This document shows positions 63,699 through 64,000 of a stretch of DNA of 64,000 bases, piece after piece. The notes beneath the pieces were generated by a model. The model was not told the DNA's origin and did no database searches. It saw only the letters and a program-made list of their open reading frames with translations. Source of the DNA: Saprospirales bacterium. Its GTDB lineage: Bacteria > Bacteroidota > Bacteroidia > Chitinophagales > Saprospiraceae. How positions within the stretch are numbered: the first letter of the stretch is position 1; every line of letters begins with the position of its first letter. The stretch lies in assembly GCA_031425155.1 (NCBI GenBank), contig JANPIV010000044.1, forward strand, positions 7,413-71,412, in the 5' to 3' direction. Position numbers and translations under genes: made by a program.

Positions 63699-64000
63699 TT
63701 ATAGTTCAAATTTAGTCAATGGCAAAGGCCGAATCTGCGTCTTCGCCGAGGCCGCCGGGTCACGCTCAATATAGACCGGCAGCAATGGCTCCGAATCTTT
63801 ATCGACCACAATAGCCTGCTGCTGCGCGTACGATTTTTGCCGCAGCATCGCGCTCCAACGCGCAAATAACTGTTCCTGCTGCGCGGGCGTGAGTTTCGAT
63901 TTTTCCGCGTAAAACCCTTGCCTCTCGCGCTGCCGCCGCGCCTCGAACAAGGTGACCGCACAAGCCACCGAAATGTTCAGGCTTTCGGCAAAACCCGCCT
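63699..64000 (-). CDS. SpoU/TrmH-family RNA 2'-O-methyltransferase, C-terminal part (runs off the window)
   Basis: The reverse translation of the last bases gives AGFAESLNISVACAVTLFE, which is SpoU motif 3. Confidence 0.6.
   Translation of the reverse strand, partial: AGFAESLNISVACAVTLFEARRQRERQGFYAEKSKLTPAQQEQLFARWSAMLRQKSYAQQQAIVVDKDSEPLLPVYIERDPAASAKTQIRPLPLTKFEL

Noticed and set aside
1-64000. Looked for rRNA, tRNA and CRISPR arrays, and for known defence signatures (cas, RT, integrase)
   Set aside because: No tRNA-like T-arm/acceptor pattern, rRNA segment or regularly spaced repeat array was seen by eye. tRNAscan, Infernal and DefenseFinder would be the decisive checks.

Overview
This 64-kb chromosomal window most likely comes from a Bacteroidota genome, possibly Cytophagales-like. 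That assignment is an inference from four things: a fused ccoNO, a Sec/lipoprotein-type clade II nosZ, TAnnTTTG -7 promoter boxes, and several families of palindromic intergenic repeats. Gene order runs as follows. leuC and leuA are split by an ISAs1-type IS. Next come a P-type ATPase with redox and CBS genes, then a cbb3 oxidase cluster (ccoS-ccoNO-ccoQ-ccoP-ccoG-fixH-DsbD_2). A small hot spot follows, holding a DUF998 gene and an AT-rich two-gene module with a PD-(D/E)XK nuclease. After that come pstSCAB and a YceI/porin cluster bracketed by MITE-like elements. The centre of the window holds a complete clade II N2O-reductase locus: Rrf2 regulator, cytochrome c, nosZ, a membrane-NosL fusion, nosD, cupin, truncated globin, fasciclin, nosF, nosY and a secreted unknown protein. 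It is followed by a REC-Crp/Fnr hybrid regulator and a CBS/Trx-USP operon. A 5.1-kb orphan-gene island bracketed by a 139-bp direct repeat comes next, and then housekeeping genes (secG, pfkA, gdh, ccmCD, an OmpA/TSP3 protein, glycosyltransferases). No rRNA, tRNA or CRISPR was seen. There are four main leads. (1) Six promoters share a fixed dual TGA-N6-TCA box architecture that links the cbb3, nos, yceI and USP genes to the hybrid regulator. (2) The nos locus has an unusual accessory set, a decayed partial duplicate, and an orphan promoter-terminator unit. (3) Two insertions are marked by duplicated gene 3' ends whose differences are all or nearly all synonymous. (4) Several dispersed repeat and hairpin families sit inside operons. 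All functional calls come from motif recognition by eye; no database search was run.
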